A stretch of 64,000 nt of DNA, from the NCBI RefSeq assembly GCF_000150275.1, contig NW_002060947.1:294695-358694 (forward strand). Reading direction: 5' to 3'. Positions 14,931 to 28,634 of this stretch are shown piece by piece. How positions within the stretch are numbered: position 1 is the first letter of the stretch; every line of letters starts with the position of its first letter. The notes below the pieces were generated by a model that saw only the letters and a list, made by a program, of their open reading frames with translations, was not told the DNA's origin and did not search any database. A program made the translations under genes and the position numbers. The stretch comes from Trichoplax adhaerens (Eukaryota > Animalia > Placozoa).

Positions 14931-15551
14931 TGTCACAAAACAGCTTTGCAACAAGATAACGTAATGTACGATCAATAAGTCAATTCCTTGAACCACGTAT
15001 CAAGGAACGATATCTGCACTATCACAAACACTTTTGCTCTACTAGCAGACTACACAGAGACTTAAACGCCTCGTATTTTACGTTAAACACTAAGTTGGAG
15101 AATTCTCTTTATTTCACGATATACTGCATTTATATACTATTCCTCAATAGTTCATGAGTCATAGTTAATACAATTAACCTCGGAATCATTATATATTAAT
15201 TTTAGCTACTGCTCCCTTAATGCAGACAACAGTATTTACGAATATAGACATGTAATGACTAATATAGAATAGTCAGATTACGATATGTCCTATCACGGAA
15301 CATTTTCATGATAATTTACAATCTACCATAAGTAAATTATAATCACAATGATTCGAACTGTAAGTAGATGATTTGCATTCCCTATTATAACTATTAATTT
15401 CAGTATGTGTATAAGTGTCACTGTCATGAAAAGTCAGTGCTATATTAAAACACAGTATATCCAAATTAGAAGTTAACTAAATAAGGATAGTCTAACACAA
15501 TTATCCTAACATAGATATTTCTACTGTAATACAGTATTTAACACTGTAACA
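14931..15551 (-). mobile_element. Solo-LTR-like element, family A (inverted)
   Basis: Reverse complement of family A; termini TGTCACA...TGTAACA on the + strand; perfect 5-bp TSD GGATC/GGATC. Confidence 0.92.
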
Positions 15552-16095
15552 GGATCAAAGCTTGATCTAAGAGAGTTATTTAGCCTGTACGGCTTTGATA
15601 GTATAGGTTGAGGTTATTGATTTGTTCTAAAAGATAATTTACGAGGACGAGCGACCTGATATCAGACTCGTAGTACTGGTTTCCGTACTGCCTAAGTTTG
15701 TAATAGTGCCCCAAAATTTTAATTAAGGTTTTAGATGGTTCATTATATATTTATCTGTCTGGATAGAGCGATAAATGTGAGAGATGTAGCTATTCTTTAA
15801 ATCACTGAAATGGTTTAATTATGGTAATAGTCATTAGTTATGTAGAATGCGTATTTCAACTAGAGTGCTTATCACGATCAGTTTTTTGATTAGACAACTT
15901 ACCATAAATAACAGATCTGATGGTCTAATTTCTTAAATGTCTATCAAAAAATGTATCTGACTGAGGATTTTTGCGAATATTGCTACTTTTAAAGATTTAC
16001 AAACAACTTGGACGCCCATTACAACATCAATGTTATGTAAATGAAGGAACAGAGAATAGAACATATTTATTGCTAAAATTATTTTCTCATTATAT

Positions 16096-16143
16096 ATATG
16101 TATGAACGTGACCGACTTCGCATACAGTTACGTTCATATATAT
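16096..16143. repeat. Short palindromic element (19-bp arms, 10-bp spacer), copy 1
   Basis: ATATGTATGAACGTGACCG-ACTTCGCATA-CAGTTACGTTCATATATAT, with arms 16/19 complementary. An inverted second copy lies at about 57406-57447. Confidence 0.7.
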
Positions 16144-19100
16144 TATCAGTTACATCTTGCATGTAAACAAATTTAAAGTTCATCCTTGACAACTGAATAT
16201 ATCATCCATACAGCTATTTCTTACGTATTTTTCAAATAAGTAAACATCCTTAACAAATAACTCATCCGTAATCATGCATAAGTGTAACTTCTAAGCCTAA
16301 TTAAAATTAAACAATTTTTGATCTAAAATTTAATCTTCTATGTATTCCCTTTTATAAACTCTAGCCACTGGTACAAGTGATAAAATTTTTAATTATAGCA
16401 TTTTAAGTAGTAGCTGAGAATAAGTTCTGGCTACTATATCTAGTGTTTAAAAATTTGATAATTTACCAAATCGGTTTAAATCACTATGCTATTCGCTAGC
16501 ATCATAAGACTACTATTATCAGCTAACTTTAGTTTATGCTGAATAATAGAAATTATATCAATAAGTTACATTAATGAATTAAAGATATACTGTATTAACA
16601 AGCAGGTTTGGTCTAATTACATCTAAAACCACAATGTACAGAGTTGAGCAAAGATTGATTATATGTTCACTGGACACCTATAGTCAATAAATTTTGATAA
16701 GAGTTTGTGATTTTGTCATAATCCAACGTTATAATAAGAAAGGACTAGTTAAAACTAGGAAACGATACCGGAAGGCACAGTTGTAATTATTCTTCTACAA
16801 CTGCAGCTTATTTTATTTCTTGAAAAATTTTACTTATGTAGAAAAAAATTATTTACATAAATAAGTTATTTTTTTATTCCTTTCCCAATTGAAAGTTCAT
16901 GATACTGGTAAGCTTGCGAAAAAGTTCTTCTGCTTTACATAACTCTCTCTGTTTATCCTATCTTAAGTAAGGCTTTCAAATTTCTACTATTAAACATGCA
17001 GTTATATCCAAATTGTTAAAATATTCGTATATTAATAATATTTTCCTTTCAGTTTAGTAATAGTAATCTGCATCACTAAATACATATTACCTACTAAGCA
17101 CTTAAATGGCCTACGTTTGAACGTATCTCTACTTAATTATTTTTTTAATTGCTAGCATTATAACATTTATTATTTATGGTACAAACGAACAGTATAGTAA
17201 CACCTCTGAAATTATAGAGTTTCTGTAAGGTTGAAGGTTGGATTTAATTCATTTAGCTTTTCGCACATTTTTATCGAGTGTTGCCAAAATTTTGACATTC
17301 CGTCAAATTTTGTTGTTACTGTCTGCCAGATACTGTTACCCTTCTTGATAAGTTGTCAGCTGTTGTTAATAGTAGATATACTGTATGGAATATATAAAAT
17401 GTCTTTCATTAAAGTTTCACAAATTGCAACATCGATCAAGAGTATTGTATCGCGTTATGTTAAGTATAAGTGCAGAAGCAATTATTATTTTCTAGTTTCA
17501 TTAGTGAAAGTAAAGTGAATACGGATTATGAATATGAAAAAAATGGCACGATTTGAATATGATGGTTCTGCAGTTATGCATAAAATGATTATGATTATAA
17601 TGAGCATGGAAAGAATTGTTAAATAATGGTATTCATAACCTTTCATTTAACTAGATTTTGATTTTCTTATTACTTGAAGTCTAATACCGGAAAATTTTGC
17701 TTGTTTAAAGAACCGGATGTAAATTTAAATCTTTATAGGAATAGATCCTTATCATGATATAAATCTTGGAAATTAATGTAAAGTAGCCATATTACAGGAT
17801 TGCAGTATATCGTAAGGTGACGTAGATTGATCATGACGATGTTACTGCTATAATCAAATGTCAATAATGCAAATCAATCAATCAGTTTTTCGTTTTTACT
17901 CAAAAATTTTATTTTGCTAAAACTTTTGGAGAAGTTTTTTAAATTTTAAATGGAAGCGAAGTTTTAATAGAGATTCCGTAGATAACAGTTGAGGCAGAAG
18001 TGATAATTTTTTGTCCGTAATCAATCATCTGGCTGTTCAATTCTCAACTTATTCATTAGAGAATTCCATTTTATAGAACTCGGACTTACGGAATACCTTG
18101 ATATTTATGAAAAAGACAGACGACCTGGGTGATTCCTTTATTTTATTATTCTTGCTTGAAATATCTGTTTCGTTGCTACTTAAAATTACGTTATGAACAA
18201 TTACTTAATTGAGACCATTCTTTAGAATTCATTTTCCAACTGAATAGTTCATTTTTATCAATTTAAAAATATTACCATGCATGTATGCAAGCATTTTCGC
18301 TTTTCCATACTTCAATTTTGGTTTATAAAATATTCGTTCTTTTAAGCGATAGCTCAATGCTTGCCGATTAATTATCCAATAAAATTAAAAATTTCTGTCA
18401 AAAAACTCTTCTGGAAATGTCTTACTCTTGCATGCGAGCATTGTGTTGTGAAACTACCATTAGAGATAATCAAGTAGCTGTAACTTAAATACACATTATT
18501 ATAATCCTTTAGCTCGCTTCTAATCCTAATATTAACTTTACTTCAACTTTAAACAGACTTTATATCATCAGCTTTATAAATATTTGGTTCAAGTTGAGTT
18601 ATTTAGCTAGCCAGATGTTAACTTAATACATGTTTAATTGCCATATGATAATATATGAGATCATTTATCGTAAAATTTATAATGCATTATTTGTTATCAA
18701 GTTTACCCTTCCTCCCGCTGATTAAACAGTAGCAATAAAATGTTTATAGGAAGGGTTGTTATATCGGATATACATCCAAAAATATCAAATACACATGATG
18801 TGGTGTTCTTTAGTTACCATTTAATTTTTTGATATAAAACATTTTAATCGTTACCATTTCTATATTGCCATCTGTAATATCAAATACCAAGTAATTGTTT
18901 AATCGTTAACTAATGGTTTATATCAATTGAATTGCCGATATATCCAATCTTATCAACATCTTACGTCCAGTATTCCAGTAGATTCATGAGCCTGTTCATA
19001 TTTCTACTAATGTTGGTATTGTATTTTACAAATTGTGACGTCTGTTGCAGTTCCGTCTAGTTTCCTCTTTATAATTCTTGTACTGTCAGACAGCTTAGTG

Positions 19101-22100
19101 CTAGGAGATGATATGCGAAATTAAATTTAACGGATTTATTTCGGAAAAATGCCATGAATTATACCTATTGTATTTTAATCTGAAATAGCGATATCATTTA
19201 TATCTATTTATTAATATAATTCCGCTAATTTTAATACTAGTTAGCATGTTATGGAAATACGTAATTTTGCGCTACACATTCCCGTAAGAGTTTTGGTATT
19301 GATTCAATGTTAACATACTTTTTTGTATAATTCCTCCAATGCTAACAGGAAACTACAGATAGTAGCCTTTTTTGCTCGTTCCTTTAAACAAGAGCTTTAC
19401 TAATATTTTTTAATTAATGAAAATTTTACGTAATGACCACAACCTTGAAAAAATTTACTGCTTTTTTAATCGTTTGACATACCAAGTTCGTTATATCATA
19501 GTTGCGGTTGTGGGTTTTAAAATTTTAATAGTGGTAAGGCATAATTTTTTTCAATCTTGCAACATAACCATTGCAAGGGGTTAGCTTACTGTCACTTCTA
19601 GTGTTGTACTGCATACATACTTACATAGCATATCTATAATAGTCGTATAGTTTTAATGACAGAGATAGCTGATCTATAATTAATGTCATGTTTCTTCTTT
19701 GCATCATAGAAAAATGTTCAGAAGCTATTTTTTAGTACCTATGATCCTTTTACAGTAGCACATTATACGCGATTAAACAATCAGATAATATAATTAGCTT
19801 AAATATACCTAACTTATCCTTACTCAAAGAAAATGGTCTTTTTATTAAGTTAGGGTCAGGGTTATGAATCTTATTTTGGCTTTCCTCGATTACTAAACGA
19901 AGCATACTACAAGCAAGCCATTTCTACCTTAATCTCAAGTTTATATTATAGATAGGGTCTTTGCATTTTCAGATCAAGTAATTTATGCTACACAGATTCA
20001 CAGTAATTATCCGGGAATTTAATTTATTTAAATAGAAACGATCTTCTCCAAATACGTTGCATCTTAACTTCGCATGTTAGCTTATCATTTAGTCCTTCGC
20101 AGTCTAACCCTTTCAAATTCCTACAGTAATAAAAGAAGATTTTTATAGAAGCTTAAATAAAATTTTTCCTCCGAATGATTATCAATAATGCGTCATTTAT
20201 CATAATTTCCATCATATTCCAACTTGATTTTGGTAGACGGCAGGTTGAGATCTCTTAAGTGCTCTTTTCCGTAGTTGTAGTGTCACAATTTTACGCGTCT
20301 ATATTCTTACATGATCTTGGCAATTAAAACCATTTCCGTTTTAGTATCACTTAAATTTTTAGGGCTTATTCCGCAATGATTAGTACCGATGCTATTAATA
20401 TTGAGGCCTGGTGACGTTTTTTACGTGGACAATTTATTAATTTCATGTCTTAATAAAATTAAATTCTTAAATTTTAAATATTATTTAGAATTATTTCTAT
20501 TGAAATCAACGGGAAGTAAAGGGATTTTTACTATACTTACGGTATTCATATAACAGTCTCAACTATATTTATAGCTGCTGAATTATTATGTATTGAAATA
20601 CTAAGGAAAGATTTTAAGTTATTATTGCTGCTTTATTACATAGATAGCTCTAATATAATGCGGATATAATTTAATTTCATAAACCCACAATACTCCTCGA
20701 TGTTGCAATACTTCAGGACTGCATATCAGATTATGGAAGGAACTATATCCAAACAATTTGTAGTAAGCGTAGAATATTCAAATTAGGGCTTTTAAGATGA
20801 ATTTATAGTAATCCTCCAAAGAACTGTATAATTAAATAAATATTTCCAAAAATTTAATATTTTTTATAAATAAATAGCCAAAATCGCTTTTATACTCTAT
20901 TTAATTACTATACATATTCGTATATGACAACCGATCTTGGCCGGAATTACAGCAATCAAGAAGTTACATAGATTAATGTATTGAGAATGGATTCTATTGT
21001 AAATGGAAATTAAACCAAAGTATAGACGGCATTAATTTTAATTATAGATCGTGAAGGTCAAATCATGGCCGTTTTATTCGTTAGTGTTAGTTTTGACGTA
21101 AGACTAAGTAAGGTCACACTATGCAAACAAGGTGATCAAAATCTACTATTCCAGTGTTAATCTGGCAGATAGGAAACATAATATACCAGCTCTCATATTC
21201 CCAATTTATTGACTTACTTGCTGTCTTGGCTCAATATAAATTTTTAAGCTTTTTAACTTTTCGACAAGATGGAGTAAGAAGAATATTTATACGTACATGG
21301 AAAAGTTAATTTTGCAGAAAGCATGACCCAAATTTTACGAAATTTTTCTAACAAAATTGTAACATATAGTACTGGATTGGCTGAAGATAATTATGCCTTG
21401 GCTAATCGTGCGTAAAGTGGGTGAAAATAATAGTTATCACTTGATAGCACATTATTACAAAAATGGCTGAATATTTAGCATTTGATACAGATAATCAAAC
21501 AATAGTGAAAAACGGCTGATAGCCATTAAATCATTGGGTTTAAGAAAATTCCTAATAAGTTAATCAATTATCGAAATGAGTAATCAAGAATTTTTATCAC
21601 AGTCAATCGCAAACACAAGTAAAACACGCAAGATATTGTATTGAACTAATTAGTTAAAATGTCCATGTTTTGATTACAGTTAGCCTTGAATTATATAAAA
21701 CTAATCAACCATATCAAAATGAGATAACTGCAAAAGATTCAATTACGATGGCTGTCTCACACTTATTTGTCTAATTTTCCCAACTTTGGATTATCAGATC
21801 AATTTAATACTTTCTAATTAGAAGTTATATGAAGCAGATGCTTTAAGATAGTTATAAATCATTATGAAAGAAAAACGATAATAATTAAAGGCTTGATTAC
21901 TGACTGCGTAGAAGAAATCCTTAAGTGATAGTTGAAAGAATAAGACATATAAAAGATAAAGGCTTCATCTCAACTGCTTCACTATTGGATGTGTTTGATT
22001 CATTAATCAGTTGAACCTCTATATTTATGATTTTATTAATTATAAATTGTTCGATAAATGATTAATTTGACATAACTTTTTCTTTACGCTGATTCACTCG

Positions 22101-24384
22101 CTTTCTTAAATTATTTTTTTCCCGTGAAAATGATACCAAATACATCTTATTCGTTATTGGATATAACTGATACTTAGATTATACTACTGCGATCCAAGGA
22201 ATAATTTTATATAAACTCAAGCAATAATAAGCGAGTATAATGCTTTTTGCATATCTATTACATGCATTCCTCATTTTTTGGATTAATGATTAAGCTATTT
22301 TAACTTTCGATTGCTAGCTTTTGATAGTAACTAATTAGTCACGCTTAATTAAGGGTGTAGTTAGTTTTTAATACAGATCTAATTTCTCTTGTATTTCTAA
22401 TGTCAGTCATTTCATTGATAAAGGATATAAAGTAATAAATGTATGGTTGAATAGAATTCTAGACCTTAAAAGTCATTATCATATGCTAATTTCTGAATCG
22501 AAGCATTAATTTCAATTTCTCTTTATCAAACAATTAGATAGATTCATTTATGCAAAAATAGTTTTTTAAATAACACTGAAAAATGTTTGATTTCTTCCAT
22601 GGAAATGTTTGTTTACTAGTCTATAGAATTTGTAAAAGATGATAACATATAATATCGTAGTCACAATCTCCGATTGAAATGAGATTTCTTGATTGTTTCC
22701 TCATAATTAATAATTTTTGATTATTTAATACGAGAAAACTGACACTGCTAAATCTTTGATTTTTTAAATAGTTTAAATTGTCTACATTTCAGTGATTAAA
22801 TCAATTGCAAATAGTAGAAAATATCCTTTGATAAAACATTCTCAATGGAAAAATTGATATATTAGTCATTCGTTCTCCCATTGCCGAGCCCATAACATGT
22901 ATCCAAAATCACTGTATCTTTTAGAATATGAGAATGTGAAAGTAACACTTTATTAGTCTTGGTCATCAGTCTAATGCGATATACTGAATCTGCGTTAAGC
23001 TCGATCGAATGGTAGATCTTATATTTCTTTTTCTTTCTTCTGTTCATACATACATGTATTTAATGCAGTAAAGTTCGATATCAATAGAAATATCCTTTAA
23101 GAACTGTGAAAAAAGAGGATCGAAAATTAAAATGAAGAAGCAATGCCGAAATATTTGAAGGGTAACATTATTGTTACGTCAATCGAGCAATAAAGAGAAC
23201 AGAATTACAATTATAATTGCTTATTTCTATCATCTTTTTATAAGCTAATTCTAACTGCTAACTACAGAAACTACTCTTACAGAATTAAGCAGACATTGAT
23301 ATTGAATGGATCTCGCAAAAAATCCTCCTTTAGTTGTATTTGCTTGATATAAATCATCCTGATAATTGTACGTAACAATAAATAACAGAAACTTATTGTT
23401 GGAATATATGAAAGAATGAGTAATTGTAATAATAATGCACATAATGTATGTATTTATAAGGAATGGCAAAGTTCCTACTTTTTCTTTTTTTGTTAAAAAT
23501 CATTACTAACGTATCCTTTTAGATAACAGTTATTTTTCTGCTTACCTAACGTAATCAATACTACCGCACATGCCCAATACTATACGAATCGATTGTTAAA
23601 AGTAACCATGTATATTTGGTCAATTCTATTTGACGATATATTAATTAACACAAACTGTATTAGCAACGGTGAGTAAATTCAATTGGCCTTCAAATTCGGA
23701 TATTGTACAGAATCCTATTACTTTAACTTACATACTCCTTTGAGTTTTACCACTCATACTCATTACCGAATAAAAATTTTCACTTATTCCGTTACAAATA
23801 AGGATTCCGTAATATCACTAAGTTAAAAGTTAAGTATCCAATATATAAATTACAGTTACTTAATAGTGTGATGTTCCATTTATCTTTTCTTTAGTCAATC
23901 TAAACAAAATAGGAATAGAATATTAGACAATAGCTCATGAGAATAAAATCAATAAGTAAACAGATAACGACGAAGCGATTTGCCAGGTACAGATATAATC
24001 AAATACGACATGGCATTAGATAACAGATTCTATCTTATCTAATTGATAATTTTTTTACGTGTCCAAATCTACATTTTGAATAATTAAGATGCAAAATGCT
24101 TTTACAAGTAAGATAAACCAGACAACAATAGGTATTATTTCAATTTCAGCTTTAATAGGGTTGCAGACTTTCATATTTTAACAGTTTTTTCAATATTGGC
24201 CACGCTGTTGATGAGCTTAGCATGCTTGTCTGGTAAAACGGATAGAACTACATGATCGGTCGACCTAACCAATCTATTTTGTTACATACTTATAGCGGGT
24301 TTTAAAGAAACAAGCAAACGTGATTGACCTTGGCTGTTATACGTATAATTTGGACAAGAAAGAGTATCAAACTTTGGTATTATC

Positions 24385-27300
24385 ATGGATAACTGTACTA
24401 ATTGCTATCTCAATTTAAATCTTTCAAAATTAAGCGACACACATGAACAACTAAGTTCCCGCATTAGTATCATCATCGTGAATTTGATGTTCTTGTTGTT
24501 GGGATTAATATTCAATCTAACTCTTTTCAATTACTATATTTGCAAGAAGAAATTGATGACGGTTACAGAAGAGCAAATTGTTAGCTTGGCAATATCTGAT
24601 ATGCTATATATCATGATTGGGTAAGTTGATATTCATTACTAACTGTTAGTCAATTTAGTTATATTTCAGAATTCATTAATTATAAATCATGGAAAACTGA
24701 TTTAAGATTAACATAAAGGAGTTTAGGAACTCAAATGGCTTTTAATAAATGGGTGGTTATATCAATTTTTAAGCTATTTACTGCCATGGCCAGCTTTATT
24801 TGATTCTCATTGTATTAATTAGTGATTATTTCTAATACTTAAAATTGGAAGTAATTATTATTTTATACCCCTCATTGTGAATTAGAATCATTCTAGCGAG
24901 TCCATCAGTTAGGAAGGAAACTCTTTTTATAGGAAGATTACATACGGGCTTCCAATGTAAACTAGTAAAACATGAAATGTGCAGTAACCTTAGCAATTTT
25001 TACAGAGTAGCTAGTACTTTAATGTTATTTTTCTAGCCTTCTTTGGACAGTTTTCAACTACTGATGATGTCTAATGCATGAAATGATGAAACTGACTCTG
25101 ACTCAGCTAGATATACTATGAGAACATAAGTGTAGACTGCATTTAAAGTTGATGGAATATTATCATGAGTACATCGCCATTAAAATTTTAATAGTTCCAC
25201 GAAATAAAGCAACATATTTTAGTTTAATGGCGTTAATGCTTGAAATTAGTTCACCGTTACTTATAACAAACAAGCAATCAATTTTTTTATGATCTTCTAA
25301 TAGTTCTACGGTAATGTTACATGATAAGTGTTACATTTCACAAGAGCGAATACAAAAAGCAGTTGTTTTATATTTTTACTCTGAAAAATCAACATTTACA
25401 ACACATGCGCACATTTTATAAACAAGAAATTACTATAATTTTAATTAATGAAAGACCACGCTGTCTGACTAAATCAGAAAATTGCTATTAAATGTTTGTA
25501 TTACACCTATTGATGAGAATTTCAATTTTTCACCTAACTATAATTGTTATTTAAGCACGTATATTACAATATGGAGCATTCTATGTAATTGCTCAGCGAT
25601 CGATAAATTTAAAATTATTATTGTAAATTTTTTCTCAAAGGCTTTGATGATGCATCATTATCTCATGAACTGCAATACTATGAAAGGGAAAGCGAAATAA
25701 TTTTAGTTCTTACATTTACACAGCTACAAGTAATGATTAGTAATTGTGACAGTGTTATATACTGTATTAGAGTAGAAATATCTATGTTAGGATGACCCTG
25801 TTAGCCTATCCTTATTTAGTTAACTTCTAATTTGGATATACTGTATTCTAATATAGCACTGACTTTTTATGACAGTGACACTTATACACATACTGAAATT
25901 AATAGCCATGATAGTGAATGCAAATCATCTACTTACAGTTCGAATTATTGTGATTGTAATTTACTTGCAGTAGATTGTAAATTATCGTGGAAATGTTCCG
26001 TGATAGGACATGTCGTAATCTGACAATTCTGTTTTAGTCATCACATGTTTATGTTCGTAAATACTGTTGTCCGCATTAAGGGAGCAGTAGCTAAACTTAA
26101 TATATAATTCAGTAAATGATTCCAATGTTAATCGTATTAACTATGACCCATGAACTATTGAGGAATATTACATAAATGCAGTATATCGTGTAATAAAGTA
26201 GATTCTCAAACTTAGTGTTTAACGTAAAATACGAGGCGTTTAAGTCTTTGTGTAGTTTGCTAGTAGAGCAAAAGTGTTTGTGATAGTGCAGATATCGTTC
26301 CTTGATACGTGGTTCAAGGAATTGACTTATTGATCGTACATTACGTTATCTTGTTGCAAAGCTATTTTGTGACAGTAATATATAATAATCTTATTATCTT
26401 ATTGAAGATTAATGCCATACCATCATAAACTACTAATCTACACATTGGGATGTATTGTAAGATATTATTAAAGAATTAGCAAGCTTCTTCTATTACGAAA
26501 AATATCAAGATTTGCTTTACAGTAAATTATGTATCGATTTAAGAATTATTATGAACATTTTATTTGTTCATATTAAGGTGTTCATTATGTATTATTCAGC
26601 AGTATGAATAACATAATTTTGTATACTAATAGTTGTAAATGCTAATAATCTTATATTTTATATACGCTCTTTATTTTTGTAGGTCTGGCACCCAATTACT
26701 AATAGCATTTGCCACCATAAACAATCAATTACCTATTTTCTTATATGATTCAATCGCTTGTCGACTTCTTGCTGCTATTCAGGCGTCGTTGGCCAAAGTT
26801 AATGTCTATACTATGACATTGATTTCGGTTACCCGTTATGCAGTCATTGTTAAACCTATTAAATATCAACCCTATCTCAAGCCAAGATATAATCGGATTG
26901 TTCTTGCCATTATTTTTACCCTATCCTTTGGCTTATCGATTTTGCCTGTTTTTCAGTTATGGGGAAAATATCAATATTCTAACCAAACTGGTTTATGTTT
27001 TCCACTATCGACGGCAGAGAATGATCCAGCTGTTGTTTCTTATGAAGTTACCATGGATTTAACATTTATATTAATACCGTCTGTTATTATGTTTTTTAGT
27101 TACTTTAAAATTATTTTACTTTTACGTCTAAGCCGACGCCAAATTACAAGTTACCACAACAATAGTACGAAAAGCATTAATGCAAGCAATTCTACTAATA
27201 CATTGTCAGCAACTTCATCGATTGCAAAAGTCGTTTCTTTTACCCTTCAAAGTCGTCTATCATTTCATCGTAAAAATAGTGTTAGCTTTCGCTCCAGCAT

Positions 27301-27553
27301 TCGCCAACTTGAATATCGATTAACCAAAACGATTATGCTAGCTTTCATTGTCTTCTTAATATCTTATTTTCCCCATTCAATATCATGTACACTTGCACTG
27401 TTTGGTATTACCATATCATCGACAACATCAACAATCCTACTTCATTTAACATACGTTAATGGTATACTTGGTCCGTTAATTTATATAACTAGAAGTGCTA
27501 GAGTGAGACAGTCGTTACGGTGTAACCGACGCATTATTCACGTTGCACATTAA
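24385..27553 (+). CDS. Class A (rhodopsin-like) orphan GPCR, 2 exons (24385-24620, 26683-27553), about 368 aa
   Basis: Exon 1 encodes TM1-TM2 (IFN...LAISDMLY) and ends GG|GTAAGT. The acceptor TGTAG|G is in frame with ORF 26639-27553. Motifs: ACRL (C3.25), TRY in place of DRY, ECL2 WGKYQY...C, TM6 SYFP, TM7 ILGPLIY. Confidence 0.9.
25745..26374 (+). mobile_element. Solo-LTR-like element, family A, inside the GPCR intron
   Basis: Termini TGTGACA...TGTGACA; perfect TSD GTAAT/GTAAT. Confidence 0.92.
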
Positions 27554-28634
27554 AGGAATTAATTACATATTATAATTATTTGTGCTATTAGCCAATATCG
27601 TAAATATCAATTTATTATAGATAACATCAACAGTTTCGAATAAATACAGATACCAATCTGCAACTTTAAGTTGAATAAGTATAATACTTTTCATTACAAT
27701 TAGCGTGGTAGAGTATTTGCAAAATTTTTATTGTTGTCTAGACAACGCTTTGATTAAAATTTTAGTGAATAATATGCAGTAACGCCATTGTCGCCATAAC
27801 ATTTTTTATCACCATATCAGTAAAGTTGATAATATTATGGTACGTAAAGACAAAAGATTAGCGTGGCTAACAGAATTTGAAGTGATCTATGATATGTAAA
27901 AAGTATTTACTTTCATTAGCGAAATTTGCAACTATTAATACAATGGAACCAATTCGTACTTGTTAGTAACCATCAATTTAAATTATAATTTGCCGGAAAT
28001 TTCGTTGCTGATTTTCGCATTGAAATAATTTAACGTTCTTAGTGTTAGTACTCAAATCTAGCCATATATACCCAATACTGATGCCAAATATTCTCTACAG
28101 TTCTTCAACATGTTGTTGTATGAAATTTAGGAATTAATAAGCTAGGGTGATACCTAACTTACATGTGCCAAAATATTGTTAGCGAGCAATTTATAAGCAT
28201 GGACAATTTTATCTCGGGACAAAATTTTCACAGCTAAAGTGGCATTATTGTAATTGCTTAATAAGCTGTTGAAGGCAATAACTAAATTGTTATTAGATGT
28301 TGTTGACACTGCTCATTGAAGTCGCAACACATTATTATATACGGTAAACAAAATACGTCTGCCATACTTTCAAAGCAACCGTTTCCGATTGTCAGTTGAA
28401 TGGACTGTTATACAATTTTTAATACTCGAATAAATTCCTTTTCAATCGATAGCTATAGGACAATAACAACAATCCAAGAATAAAATTGATTTTTTGTGAA
28501 CTTAATCTACTAATTATCGTACACAACTAGATTTTGCAGTAATAACATAATTCTGCAGGATGTACGCTGCTAAAGTTTCAAATAAATATCAGGTACAAAA
28601 TTTAATTACGTACATTACTATTTTAAAGTACATG

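Noticed and set aside
11959-15551. Inverted family A pair as a composite transposon or large TIR element
   Set aside because: Each copy has its own TSD and they belong to different subfamilies, so they are independent insertions.
19850-19864. TTAGGGTCAGGGTTA as an interstitial telomere or telomerase RNA template
   Set aside because: Only about 2.5 imperfect units, far from RAP1, with no supporting pseudoknot/CR4-5/H-ACA features seen; compatible with chance.
18900-21500. Short protein-like reading frames suggesting a decayed gene or transposase
   Set aside because: Frequent stops and no recognisable motif; it would need BLASTx to support any call.
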